Shown here piece by piece: positions 9,577 to 18,108 of a stretch of DNA of 50,039 nt. Both the position numbers and the translations under genes were made by a program. This DNA comes from an uncultured Candidatus Saccharibacteria bacterium (GTDB lineage Bacteria > Patescibacteriota > Dojkabacteria > SC72 > JAFGCJ01). Positions within the stretch are counted from its first letter, which is position 1. Each line of letters opens with the position of its first letter. Under the pieces are notes generated by a model that made no database searches, was not told the origin of the DNA, and saw nothing but the letters and a program-made list of their open reading frames with translations. Location: NCBI GenBank assembly GCA_964481345.1, contig CAYZTC010000008.1, forward strand, positions 1 through 50,039. The letters are read 5' to 3'.

Positions 9577-10968
9577 CTATTTATTTTGATCTATGAAGGC
9601 CTGAGCGACTTCCCTCCACATTTCTCCAGCTCCCATCACCATAACAACATCACCTGGTTTTGTCTCTTTCTGGAGTATCTCTAGGCTCTCAGAGGGCTCT
9701 TTTACATACCTTACGTTATTATGGTACTTTCTTGTAAGTTCAACCAAATCCTTTGAACTTACCTCTCCAATATCCTTTTCTCTCGAGGAGGCATAAATCT
9801 CAGGAATTATTACTAAATCAGCGTTTTTGAAGGATTGTGCAAATTCATCAAATAGTGCTTTTGTTCTAGAAAAAGTATGTGGCTGAAATATACACCAAAT
9901 ACGAGAATCTGGGTAAAACTGCTTTGCAGCAGCCAAAGTAAGATCTAGTGCGATAGGGTGGTGTGCATAATCATCGATTACTGTCACTCCATTTACCGTT
10001 CCATAGACCTCAAATCTTCTATTCAAACCTTTAAAGGTCTTAAGAATATCTCGTATTTTTTTCGGTTTAACTCCCAGATTCAAACATACCGAAATGGCTA
10101 CTGCGGCATTAAGAATATTGTGATCTCCAGGAATGATTAGCTCATACATTCCCCTACTTTTGCTATTCTGAAAAATCTCAAACGTATTTTTCCCTTTTCC
10201 ATACTTCACATTTTTTATCTGAATATCAAAGTTCTCACCAAAACCGTATCGAGATACATTTATATCCTTCCTACCAGACCTTTTCAAAGCTTTATCGATA
10301 TCCAAGTCTTCTCCATATCCATACAGATTTGATCCCTTAGGAAGCTTCTTAATAAACTCAGAGTAAGATTTGATCATATCCTCGAACTTTGGAAAGAAAT
10401 CCGGGTGATCCCACTCAATATTTGTGATTATGGCATGTTTTGCGTATGGAGCATAGTTGAAATACGCTTCCCTATACTCGTCAGCTTCTATGACAAATAT
10501 ATCACTTCTGCATTTTGGAAACATGTTTAAGTTATCCACAGGAGTTCCTACAATAAAATACGGATCTACACATGCATTTGTTAATATGTAGGAAACCATT
10601 GCTGTTGTAGTAGTCTTTCCATTACATCCACTTACCGTGACAGCTTGTTTACCCTTTATTATTGAACCTACAACTTGAGGAAAGGTAAATATTGGAATTT
10701 TATTCTTTTTTGCTTCAGCAAGCTCTGGATTACTATCGTTATATGCTACAGAATGAATAACAACATCTGCACCATTAATGTTTTTCGAATCAAAAACAGA
10801 CCATGGAATTTCTTGCTGGCTAAGCACCCTATCAGTAGGAAAAACAGTAGCAACATCAGACCCAGTCACATTTTTTCCCATATTCTTCAATATCATTGCC
10901 AAAGCCGATCCCAAATGCCCCTTTATCCCCACCATATGGATTTTTTGATATTTATTGAGATCAATCAT
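9577..10968 (-). CDS. murC: UDP-N-acetylmuramate--L-alanine ligase
   Basis: GIKG, GSD, GCNGKTTT, EADEY, TNIEWDHPD, DDYAHHP, FQPHTFSRT, MGAG. Confidence 0.95.
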   Translation of the reverse strand: MIDLNKYQKIHMVGIKGHLGSALAMILKNMGKNVTGSDVATVFPTDRVLSQQEIPWSVFDSKNINGADVVIHSVAYNDSNPELAEAKKNKIPIFTFPQVVGSIIKGKQAVTVSGCNGKTTTTAMVSYILTNACVDPYFIVGTPVDNLNMFPKCRSDIFVIEADEYREAYFNYAPYAKHAIITNIEWDHPDFFPKFEDMIKSYSEFIKKLPKGSNLYGYGEDLDIDKALKRSGRKDINVSRYGFGENFDIQIKNVKYGKGKNTFEIFQNSKSRGMYELIIPGDHNILNAAVAISVCLNLGVKPKKIRDILKTFKGLNRRFEVYGTVNGVTVIDDYAHHPIALDLTLAAAKQFYPDSRIWCIFQPHTFSRTKALFDEFAQSFKNADLVIIPEIYASSREKDIGEVSSKDLVELTRKYHNNVRYVKEPSESLEILQKETKPGDVVMVMGAGEMWREVAQAFIDQNK

Positions 10969-11087
10969 TTTAAACATAATAACACATGATCAATACATAA
11001 AAAATATCTAAAAACTGAAATAAAAGGGTATTTACATACTTACATTCCTATAGTATAATTCCACATCTTAATATTATATGTATAAAA

Positions 11088-11279
11088 ATGACCGACGGTA
11101 CAACAATAGGTACAGTTATAGGCTCATCTGCAGTACTCGCAGCTTCAACAGTTGCCCTACCTTACGCCTCAGGAAGTGTTGGCAAGATTGCATTCTACAT
11201 ACTCATTGGTTTAGCTTTAACGATATTATTGCTAAACATCATCATCAAGGTAGTAGAGCTACTTTCTCCTATCAAATAA
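11088..11279 (+). CDS. Small membrane peptide with a sorting-signal-like LPYAS(G) motif
   Basis: 63 aa: Thr/Ser/Gly-rich hydrophobic N-terminus, LPYASG, then a TM helix; first gene after TATAAT at about 11054. Confidence 0.65.
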   Translation: MTDGTTIGTVIGSSAVLAASTVALPYASGSVGKIAFYILIGLALTILLLNIIIKVVELLSPIK

Positions 11280-11296
11280 AGTCTTAGGAAGACTCA

Positions 11297-12564
11297 ATGA
11301 ATATTGTAAACCTTGCCCTTACTATCTCATTAGCACTATTTGGAATTACACTTATTAAGCAGTGTTTATACCTATTTAGTGCATGCTTATTCTCAATAAA
11401 AAAACTAGCAATCCACAGAAAAAGCAATAAATATTCTCAAAAACAACTTGAAAACTGGTACAAAGTATCTGTTGTAATACCTGCCTGGAATGAAGAAGTC
11501 GGCGTCATTTCTACAATTAAATCCATACTAAACTCAGACTATGGTTCAGTCGAGATAATAGTTGTAAATGATGGATCAACTGACAAGTCAGCTCAAAAAA
11601 TTGAAAAGTTTATCAAAACTAAGTTTAAATCTCATCGAAAGAAATATAAAGGTAAAAAATAGTTTTCATCAATCATAAAAGAAATCATGGAAAAGGTTCA
11701 GCCCTTAATTCAGCAATTAAAAAAGCTACAGGAAACATTATTATTACAACTGACGCAGATACAATATTCACTAAAGATGCTATTACAAAAACTATTAGAT
11801 ACTTCATAAATTCAGAAATTGACGCAGTTGTAGGAAATGTGAAAGTCGGTAATTTAACAACGCTTATTGGAATGCTTCAGCAAATCGAGTATACACTTGG
11901 ATTCTATCTAAAGAGAGCTCATTCTCTATGGGGAGCAGAATATATCATCGGCGGGGCTTTTGGAGCATTTAGGAAGAAACTCTTCGACAAGATAGGATAT
12001 CTTGACACACAATGCAAAACTGAAGACATAGAGTTTTCAACAAGAATCCAGTCAGTAGGCAAAAAAATCTTTTTTGCAGAAGATGCCATAGTATATACCG
12101 AAGGAGCTTCAACTCTAAAAGGTCTATTTAAGCAAAGAATGAGATGGAAAAAAGGAAGGTTTGACACATTTATTAAACACAGAAAATTATTTTTTAGTAC
12201 TAAACCCAAACACAACCAAATACTCACACAGTTCTTAATGCCAATAGCTCTAATATTCGACTTCGAATTGACAATTGAACCAATTATTATGATTATTGTT
12301 TTTTCAATTGTTTTAAGGTACGGCAACTATGGAGTGATTTACTTGTATCTAGGAATGACAACGTTCTTGCTTGTGCTTTCATATTTCTTTGGATCAAAGA
12401 AAAACAACCTTAAGACATTTCTTTTAGCACCTATCTTTGGACTTCTAAGCTACATTCTTACAATCTGTGAAGTGTATGCTTTTTGGGGTAGCGTTTTACT
12501 ATTTTCAAAAGGGCATAATATTACTTGGCAGGATTGGAAAAGAAAGGGTATACAAAATGTCTAA
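11297..12564 (+). pseudogene. Processive family 2 glycosyltransferase, frameshifted in an A6 run
   Basis: IPAWNEE and NDGSTD in the first frame; GKGSALN, DAD, TED, QRMRW in the second; adding one A at 11654-11659 gives about 422 aa. Confidence 0.88.
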
Positions 12565-13210
12565 ACAAATTGTTAAAAAACTAAATATCATCATATGGGT
12601 AATTGCTTTCATTGCGATTGGATATAGCTTTACATTGATAAACGATGGGTCCCCTATTGAAATACCCACAAAGGATGACTTTATCCAAGATATTGAGGCA
12701 CTGACAAATAATAACGACAGCAACAATAGTTCTGAAAATAAGGAAACAACGGAAGATGTTACGGAAAATATGAATGCTTCTGAAACATATAAACCAATTC
12801 AGATCAGCATCCCAAGTGTAGAAATTAATCTTGAGGTTAAAATAGGAAGATATGACTCTACTGACAAAACATGGGAGATCGGAGATAGAACAGCATATTG
12901 GGCTAATCTTAGCGATTTACCTTCTGAAAACGATGGAAATACTTTAATATATGCACACAATACATCAGATGCATTTTATCCACTTAGAAATATTTCCATG
13001 GGAGATTACGCTTACATAACGGCAGATACTGGCGAAACCTTAATATATGAGTTTTTTGATTATGAAATCGTGGAGCCAACAGATGATTCACTATTTTATA
13101 TAAACGATTTACCAAGACTAACTCTCCTAACCTGTAACGGCAGCTTCAGCCAAGTAAGAAGGTTGATGTATTTTAGGCTGGTGGAAATTGAGAATACTCT
13201 AAAGAAATAA
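12557..13210 (+). CDS. Sortase
   Basis: N-terminal TM, ISIPSV, GNTLIYAHN, LTLLTC, catalytic Arg (VRR); overlaps the GT2 stop. Confidence 0.9.
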   Translation: MSKQIVKKLNIIIWVIAFIAIGYSFTLINDGSPIEIPTKDDFIQDIEALTNNNDSNNSSENKETTEDVTENMNASETYKPIQISIPSVEINLEVKIGRYDSTDKTWEIGDRTAYWANLSDLPSENDGNTLIYAHNTSDAFYPLRNISMGDYAYITADTGETLIYEFFDYEIVEPTDDSLFYINDLPRLTLLTCNGSFSQVRRLMYFRLVEIENTLKK

Positions 13211-13906
13211 TCAAGATTCTCTTCGTAGAAATTTCTGGATATCACTTTTAATGATCTCCCTAGGAGCTCTATCCCACTGGAATATTTCGAACAACTCCAT
13301 TAAATGATCAAGAATTAACTCTTCGAAGTCTAACACTACAGTTTCCGAATTCAAAACTTTATCTACAATAGCAAATTCATCATCTCGGGATTTATAATCA
13401 TCTAATAAATATCGAGACTTATCAAGAAAAACCAATTTTCGTTCTTTTGTATTCTTCAATTCTATTTTTAATCCGACATTTCCATTAATTTTCAAATTAC
13501 GAATAATATCACGAATGTAAATAATAAACTCAGTATAAGAATAGACTGCATTCAAAACACCAAGTTGCTTTTCTAAAGGAACTTTTCTAGGTTCTTTCCA
13601 ATCTTCACTTAAACAGATGTTTTGAACAAAAAAGCCTTTTGTTGTAAATTTCCAAACTTCCTTTAAATCTCCACAATCTGTCCATGAACAAACACCTATA
13701 CTTGAATTAGAAGTGTCATGTCTATCTTTACGATTTTTTTTATATTGAGGATACTCCCAACCCCTTAGACTAACTATCGAGTTTTGAATTGCAGAGTGAA
13801 TATCAGGCCTACTATACTTTATTTCTTTATCACTAACCGGGTAGAAAACGATTCTCCAGTATCCTCTTGTTTGTATACTTTTTTTAACACTCTCAAGATT
13901 TTTCAC
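13211..13906 (-). CDS. Hypothetical protein coupled to the Schlafen/AlbA_2 gene
   Basis: 231 aa, RGYWRI, VSLRGWEYP, E.W motifs; 4-bp GTGA overlap with the upstream gene. Confidence 0.75.
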   Translation of the reverse strand: MKNLESVKKSIQTRGYWRIVFYPVSDKEIKYSRPDIHSAIQNSIVSLRGWEYPQYKKNRKDRHDTSNSSIGVCSWTDCGDLKEVWKFTTKGFFVQNICLSEDWKEPRKVPLEKQLGVLNAVYSYTEFIIYIRDIIRNLKINGNVGLKIELKNTKERKLVFLDKSRYLLDDYKSRDDEFAIVDKVLNSETVVLDFEELILDHLMELFEIFQWDRAPREIIKSDIQKFLRRES

Positions 13907-14538
13907 AAGCCGAGTTCTTTAATGATTTTATCTGATTGTTCTCTACTTCCACTAGCCTTACTGAAACCCATATTCTCAATTTTAGTAATCTTCTTACCTA
14001 CCGATATTTCTATCATTTCGGAAAACTCCCTTCGGTCAACTACATTACTGCTATAGGGCGACTTTATTGTTCGACAATACAGAGAACCCTTTGTAAGGAT
14101 TCTTTTTATCTTTCCAGACTTCCTACATAAATTTGGTATTTCATCAAATTCCTCTATCTCAAAGATCAAAAAATGCTTCTCGTTGATTTCAGTTTCTTTA
14201 CTACGATGGTGTTTTACAATAAAAAAGACTTTTTCTGTTACAAAACTATCGAAACATTTCGTAATTTCTTCACTAGATGGAAAACTTTTGTATTGTTCCT
14301 CCGTTAGACCACAATAATCGAAATCACCCGAAATTTTTTCTTCAATACCTACAAACAGTCTACCACCACCAGGGTTATTGCTTAATGCAATAACTCCACG
14401 AATAAACCGTTCTCTTTGGTAAATATCCTCTTCTTTTTCAGAAGACCAATTAAAAGGTGGTTTAACCTCTATTCGTCTAGTCTCTTCTAAAGATTCTGTC
14501 AACTTTAGAAAATCTTCCCTTGATAATTCTCGAAACAT
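13903..14538 (-). CDS. Schlafen/AlbA_2 domain protein
   Basis: ETRRIEVK (ExxxxExK), IALSNNPGGGRLFVGIEE, later LYCR. Confidence 0.85.
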   Translation of the reverse strand: MFRELSREDFLKLTESLEETRRIEVKPPFNWSSEKEEDIYQRERFIRGVIALSNNPGGGRLFVGIEEKISGDFDYCGLTEEQYKSFPSSEEITKCFDSFVTEKVFFIVKHHRSKETEINEKHFLIFEIEEFDEIPNLCRKSGKIKRILTKGSLYCRTIKSPYSSNVVDRREFSEMIEISVGKKITKIENMGFSKASGSREQSDKIIKELGL

Positions 14539-14584
14539 CAGTGATTATTCATAATAAATACACTTATAGAATCAGCCTTTAGTA

Positions 14585-14661
14585 TGGTGGACCAGGCGGG
14601 AATCGAACCCGCAACCCCACGGATGTAAACCGTGTGCTCTAACCAATTGAGCTACCGGTCC
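14585..14661 (-). tRNA. tRNA-Val(TAC)
   Basis: GGACCGGTAGCTCAATTGGTTAGAGCACACGGTTTACATCCGTGGGGTTGCGGGTTCGATTCCCGCCTGGTCCACCA. Confidence 0.96.
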
Positions 14662-14667
14662 AGATAT

Positions 14668-15036
14668 TTACCTCATATTCGGATGACCAGAGTCACTTGT
14701 CTTTTGACTACTTCTTATAAGAACCTCACTAATATAATCACCTCGGCTATCAGAGTCTAATGAAACAAAGGTTTCTATCCGATCCTGGATTTTTCTTCGT
14801 ACAACCTCCCAATCTATTCCATCATACTCTATATCATTACTGTATTCTTTAATAAAATCTCCTCTAAGACACTCCCATGATGAATTAACCTTGAACACCC
14901 TCGCCATATTCATACAAAGAGAAAAGAGATTCCTATCATTTTCTAATCCACTTATTATCAACTCATCAACAAAGTCGGTCGAAAAACTCGCTTCTATAGA
15001 TTCTTCAGAAACTCTTGATTCTTTAACTTCTTCCAT
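14668..15036 (-). CDS. Hypothetical acidic protein
   Basis: 122-aa ORF between two tRNAs; weak similarity to its neighbour. Confidence 0.6.
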   Translation of the reverse strand: MEEVKESRVSEESIEASFSTDFVDELIISGLENDRNLFSLCMNMARVFKVNSSWECLRGDFIKEYSNDIEYDGIDWEVVRRKIQDRIETFVSLDSDSRGDYISEVLIRSSQKTSDSGHPNMR

Positions 15037-15089
15037 AATTCTGATTTCTTAATTTTAATGAGCAGTATTTATCATATGTCAAAATTCTA

Positions 15090-15470
15090 CTACGATCTAT
15101 TTGGTTTTCTATTTGACCATTCCCTTAACAAGACTTCAAGATACAATTTCCCCTCTGTCTCTCCCCTTTCCCTCAAGTTTAACAATCTTTTTTTCATAAG
15201 AACACCTACAACCTGAACATCACAACCCTCAAATATTTTATTAAAACCATCAGAGAAACAGCTCATAAAATCTTCACTCTCTAATTGAGTCAACCAACTC
15301 TGGATAACAGAATAAAACTCAACCTCCCCGTTACCAGAGTCCTCATCTTGTACCAGGCGAAAGAGCCGTAGAATTATTTCATCGGCAGCATTATAGCTTT
15401 TTTCCTGGATCGATTCTTCACTAGGAAAACTATTACCCTCTTGCCCCCCAATAATTATAGGATTTCTCAT
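15090..15470 (-). CDS. Hypothetical protein
   Basis: 126 aa from ATG 15470; shares SEESI..DE(I/L)I with 14668..15036. Confidence 0.6.
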   Translation of the reverse strand: MRNPIIIGGQEGNSFPSEESIQEKSYNAADEIILRLFRLVQDEDSGNGEVEFYSVIQSWLTQLESEDFMSCFSDGFNKIFEGCDVQVVGVLMKKRLLNLRERGETEGKLYLEVLLREWSNRKPNRS

Positions 15471-15549
15471 ATTATTATTTTTATAAAATTTTAACGAACA
15501 GTATTTTACCACTTAGTGCTTGCAGTGAACCCAACCTGTTGTACTTCAC

Positions 15550-15576
15550 GTGCTTGCACTGAGCTTGTCGAAGTGC
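15550..15576. repeat. 23-bp REP-like insertion at the tRNA-Leu 3' end
   Basis: GTG-CTTG-CAC-TGAGCTTGTCGAA-GTG; GTGC repeated 23 bp apart. Confidence 0.75.
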
Positions 15577-15658
15577 CGAGGACAGGATTTGAACCTGCAC
15601 AGGATATACTCCCACTACCACCTCAAGGTAGCGTGTCTACCAATTCCACCACCTCGGC
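15574..15658 (-). tRNA. tRNA-Leu(GAG)
   Basis: GCCGAGGTGGTGGAATTGGTAGACACGCTACCTTGAGGTGGTAG...GCAGGTTCAAATCCTGTCCTCGGCA; long variable arm, CCA not encoded. Confidence 0.95.
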
Positions 15659-15771
15659 ATACGATACAATTTTATTAATTTGAATATTAAAGAAGCCAAA
15701 AGAACTTTTAATAAGCTGCAAACTATAATTCACAGATCTGATTTTCAAAAGACCCCATTGCGTGACTTTTA

Positions 15772-15800
15772 CCATGAAGCGAATTTATTCTGCTTCATGG
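15772..15800. terminator. Hairpin downstream of mutL, possible terminator
   Basis: CCATGAAGC ... GCTTCATGG 9-bp stem; no U-tract on the minus strand. Confidence 0.35.
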
Positions 15801-15816
15801 GTATTTTACCTGAATA

Positions 15817-17601
15817 TTAGGTTCTGTTGAAGTGTTTATCGATTTCTGATGGGTTTAGTTTCCACACTATTGGACGACCATGAGGACAACTATATGAGTT
15901 CTCACATTTAGAAAGATCCTCTAATATTTGCTTTGCCTCTAGTTTAGAAATCTTTTTATTTGCCCTTACAGAGGAATGACATGCCATAGTAGCTATTACT
16001 GAATCCCTATATTCATCAGACAATATTTGATCTTTATTCTCAAACTCCTCAACCTCTTTTAGCCTCTCAATGACATCTTTCACTAACAAAGATATGTCTG
16101 CACCTGAAAGCAAACTCGGAATAGCCTTTACAGATACTTTTTTATTAATATCAAACTCAAACCCAAACCACCGTAAAGCCTTTATATATTCTTTAATAAA
16201 ATCTCTATCCGAAGCTGTAGCATCTAGCTGAATAGGTACAAGCATTGACTGTGACTCAACTCCTTTACCAGAATATTCCTGAAGCAACTTTTCAAAACGA
16301 ATCCTTTCCGCAGCAGCATGCTGATCAATAATCAGAACATCTCCTTCCTTTTCAGTAACTATATATCTATTTAGCAACTGAACAACTTCTCCATTATCCC
16401 CCTTAAAAGAAACCTTATATTCATCCAAATCACTATCCTGAAGAATAATTCTGGAGAATTCCATGCTTTCTTCTACATCATAGTCCTTTCTTGATCTGAA
16501 TAAGTCCACCCTCGATTCATCCTGGTCAACATCTGGTATTTGTTTTTCCTCCTGACCAACTCTAAACAATTCCTCTCTATCTTGCTTATCTGACTTTGAA
16601 ACACTCCCCAAAGCCCTGTTTACACTTATCTCAATTGCAGAATACACTCTGTACGGATTTAAAAACCTTATTTCAGATTTCCTCGGATGAACATTAACAT
16701 CAACGAGTCGCGGTAAAATGTTTATCGATAACACAAATGGGATTTTTGTTCCCTTCGGTATAAACCTTCTTGCACCCAAACTTACTGACTTTACAATTCC
16801 AAAGTCCCATATATTTCTTCCATTTACGAATATGTATTGTTCAGAAACCCTTTTGGAGAAGTGTTTAGGATGACCTACGTATCCACCAATTGTAATTCCT
16901 TCACCATCATAAAATACAGGGAAAAACTCAACATCTTTTATTAAACTCTTTAGCCTTTGCGGATGAACAGTACCCTTCTGAGAATCTTTTATTGCAGGCA
17001 AGTTGTACACTTGTTTGCCATCGTTTTCAAGTACAAAATGCACATTTGGATTAATTAGGGCTGTAGGTAGAAAGACATCTAATATTTTTCTATATTCAGT
17101 TCTTGGAGATTTTAAAAACTTTTTTCTAGCAGGAATATTGTAAAAAATGTCTTCAACAACAACTGTAGTACCATTATCCCTTGAAGTAGTTTTTACAGCA
17201 GACTTTTCACCACCCTTTACTTCAATCATATTTCCACCCGTCTTTGATGAACCACTGTCTCTACTTAAAATGCAAATCCTTGAAACAGCAGATATTGAGG
17301 ACAGGGCTTCGCCCCTAAAGCCAAGTGTGTTAATATTTATTATATCTTCAATATTCTTAATTTTTGACGTTGAATGTGAATCCAAACATAATCCCAAATC
17401 TCCTTTTGAAATACCAACCCCATCGTCACTGATCTCAATCAATGATATTCCACCATTTTCAATCTTTATATTTATATTTCTTGCATCAGCATCTATTGAA
17501 TTTTCAATTAATTCTTTCAAGACAGACGCAGGTCTTTCTACAACCTCTCCTGCTGCTATTTGATCTATTACCTTTTGATTAAGCTTATGTATTTTCCCCA
17601 T
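15817..17601 (-). CDS. mutL: DNA mismatch repair endonuclease MutL
   Basis: IAAGEVVERP, GFRGEAL, DVNVHP, DQHAAAER, CPHGRP; start at MGKIH. Confidence 0.97.
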   Translation of the reverse strand: MGKIHKLNQKVIDQIAAGEVVERPASVLKELIENSIDADARNINIKIENGGISLIEISDDGVGISKGDLGLCLDSHSTSKIKNIEDIININTLGFRGEALSSISAVSRICILSRDSGSSKTGGNMIEVKGGEKSAVKTTSRDNGTTVVVEDIFYNIPARKKFLKSPRTEYRKILDVFLPTALINPNVHFVLENDGKQVYNLPAIKDSQKGTVHPQRLKSLIKDVEFFPVFYDGEGITIGGYVGHPKHFSKRVSEQYIFVNGRNIWDFGIVKSVSLGARRFIPKGTKIPFVLSINILPRLVDVNVHPRKSEIRFLNPYRVYSAIEISVNRALGSVSKSDKQDREELFRVGQEEKQIPDVDQDESRVDLFRSRKDYDVEESMEFSRIILQDSDLDEYKVSFKGDNGEVVQLLNRYIVTEKEGDVLIIDQHAAAERIRFEKLLQEYSGKGVESQSMLVPIQLDATASDRDFIKEYIKALRWFGFEFDINKKVSVKAIPSLLSGADISLLVKDVIERLKEVEEFENKDQILSDEYRDSVIATMACHSSVRANKKISKLEAKQILEDLSKCENSYSCPHGRPIVWKLNPSEIDKHFNRT

Positions 17602-17628
17602 AGTCAGCCGTATTTTAGCAGAAAACCT

Positions 17629-17657
17629 GGGGTCTGACCCCGGCGGGGTCAGATCCC
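17629..17657. repeat. REP-like palindrome doublet
   Basis: GGGGTCTGACCCC-GGC-GGGGTCAGATCCC, GC-rich in an AT-rich spacer. Confidence 0.7.
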
Positions 17658-17669
17658 ACATCTATCTCT

Positions 17670-17862
17670 CTGGCTAATGTCATTGCAAAGTTAAATAAAC
17701 CTACATTAGTTTTGTCGCACAATAAAACCTTAGCAGCACAGCTTTATGAAGAGTATAGAGAGTTTTTTCCAGAAAATGCTTCTTGTTGCCCAAAATCTTG
17801 ATTTTGAAAATGGTACTGATCTCAGAGGTCAAATAAAAGATCTTAGATATTTACTGAAATAG
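17670..17862 (+). pseudogene. uvrB: uvrB relic (N-terminal and C-terminal pieces joined)
   Basis: [37 protein letters not shown], then in the next frame [24 protein letters not shown]-stop (UVR domain-like). Confidence 0.88.
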
Positions 17863-18008
17863 ACTATTTAGCAATTTCGATATAAAATCCCAACATGCAA
17901 TTAAAAGCAAGCAATCAAAATCTATCCTCTTGGTGGAACCTCTAACAATTTAGAGGAAGCTTGCTATAACTATTTTCCAATCATATTAATTTGAAGCAGC
18001 CTTCCTTA

Positions 18009-18082
18009 GGGCAGGTAGTTTCAACCGGTCAAAACACAAGTCTCCAAAACTTGAATTATGGGTTCGATTCCCATCCTGCCTG
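18009..18082 (+). tRNA. tRNA-Trp(CCA)
   Basis: GGGCAGG/CCTGCCT acceptor stem, CAAGT-CTCCAAA-ACTTG anticodon arm, GGTTCGATTCC; CCA not encoded. Confidence 0.92.
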
Positions 18083-18108
18083 AAATTTTATTTATTAAAC
18101 TAACTTTA

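Noticed and set aside
13211-15576. Prophage or integrative element at the tRNAs
   Set aside because: No integrase, phage genes or distal att duplication seen.
17863-18008. IKIYPLGG peptide resembling the RNase J N-terminus
   Set aside because: Similarity ends after eight residues; could be chance.
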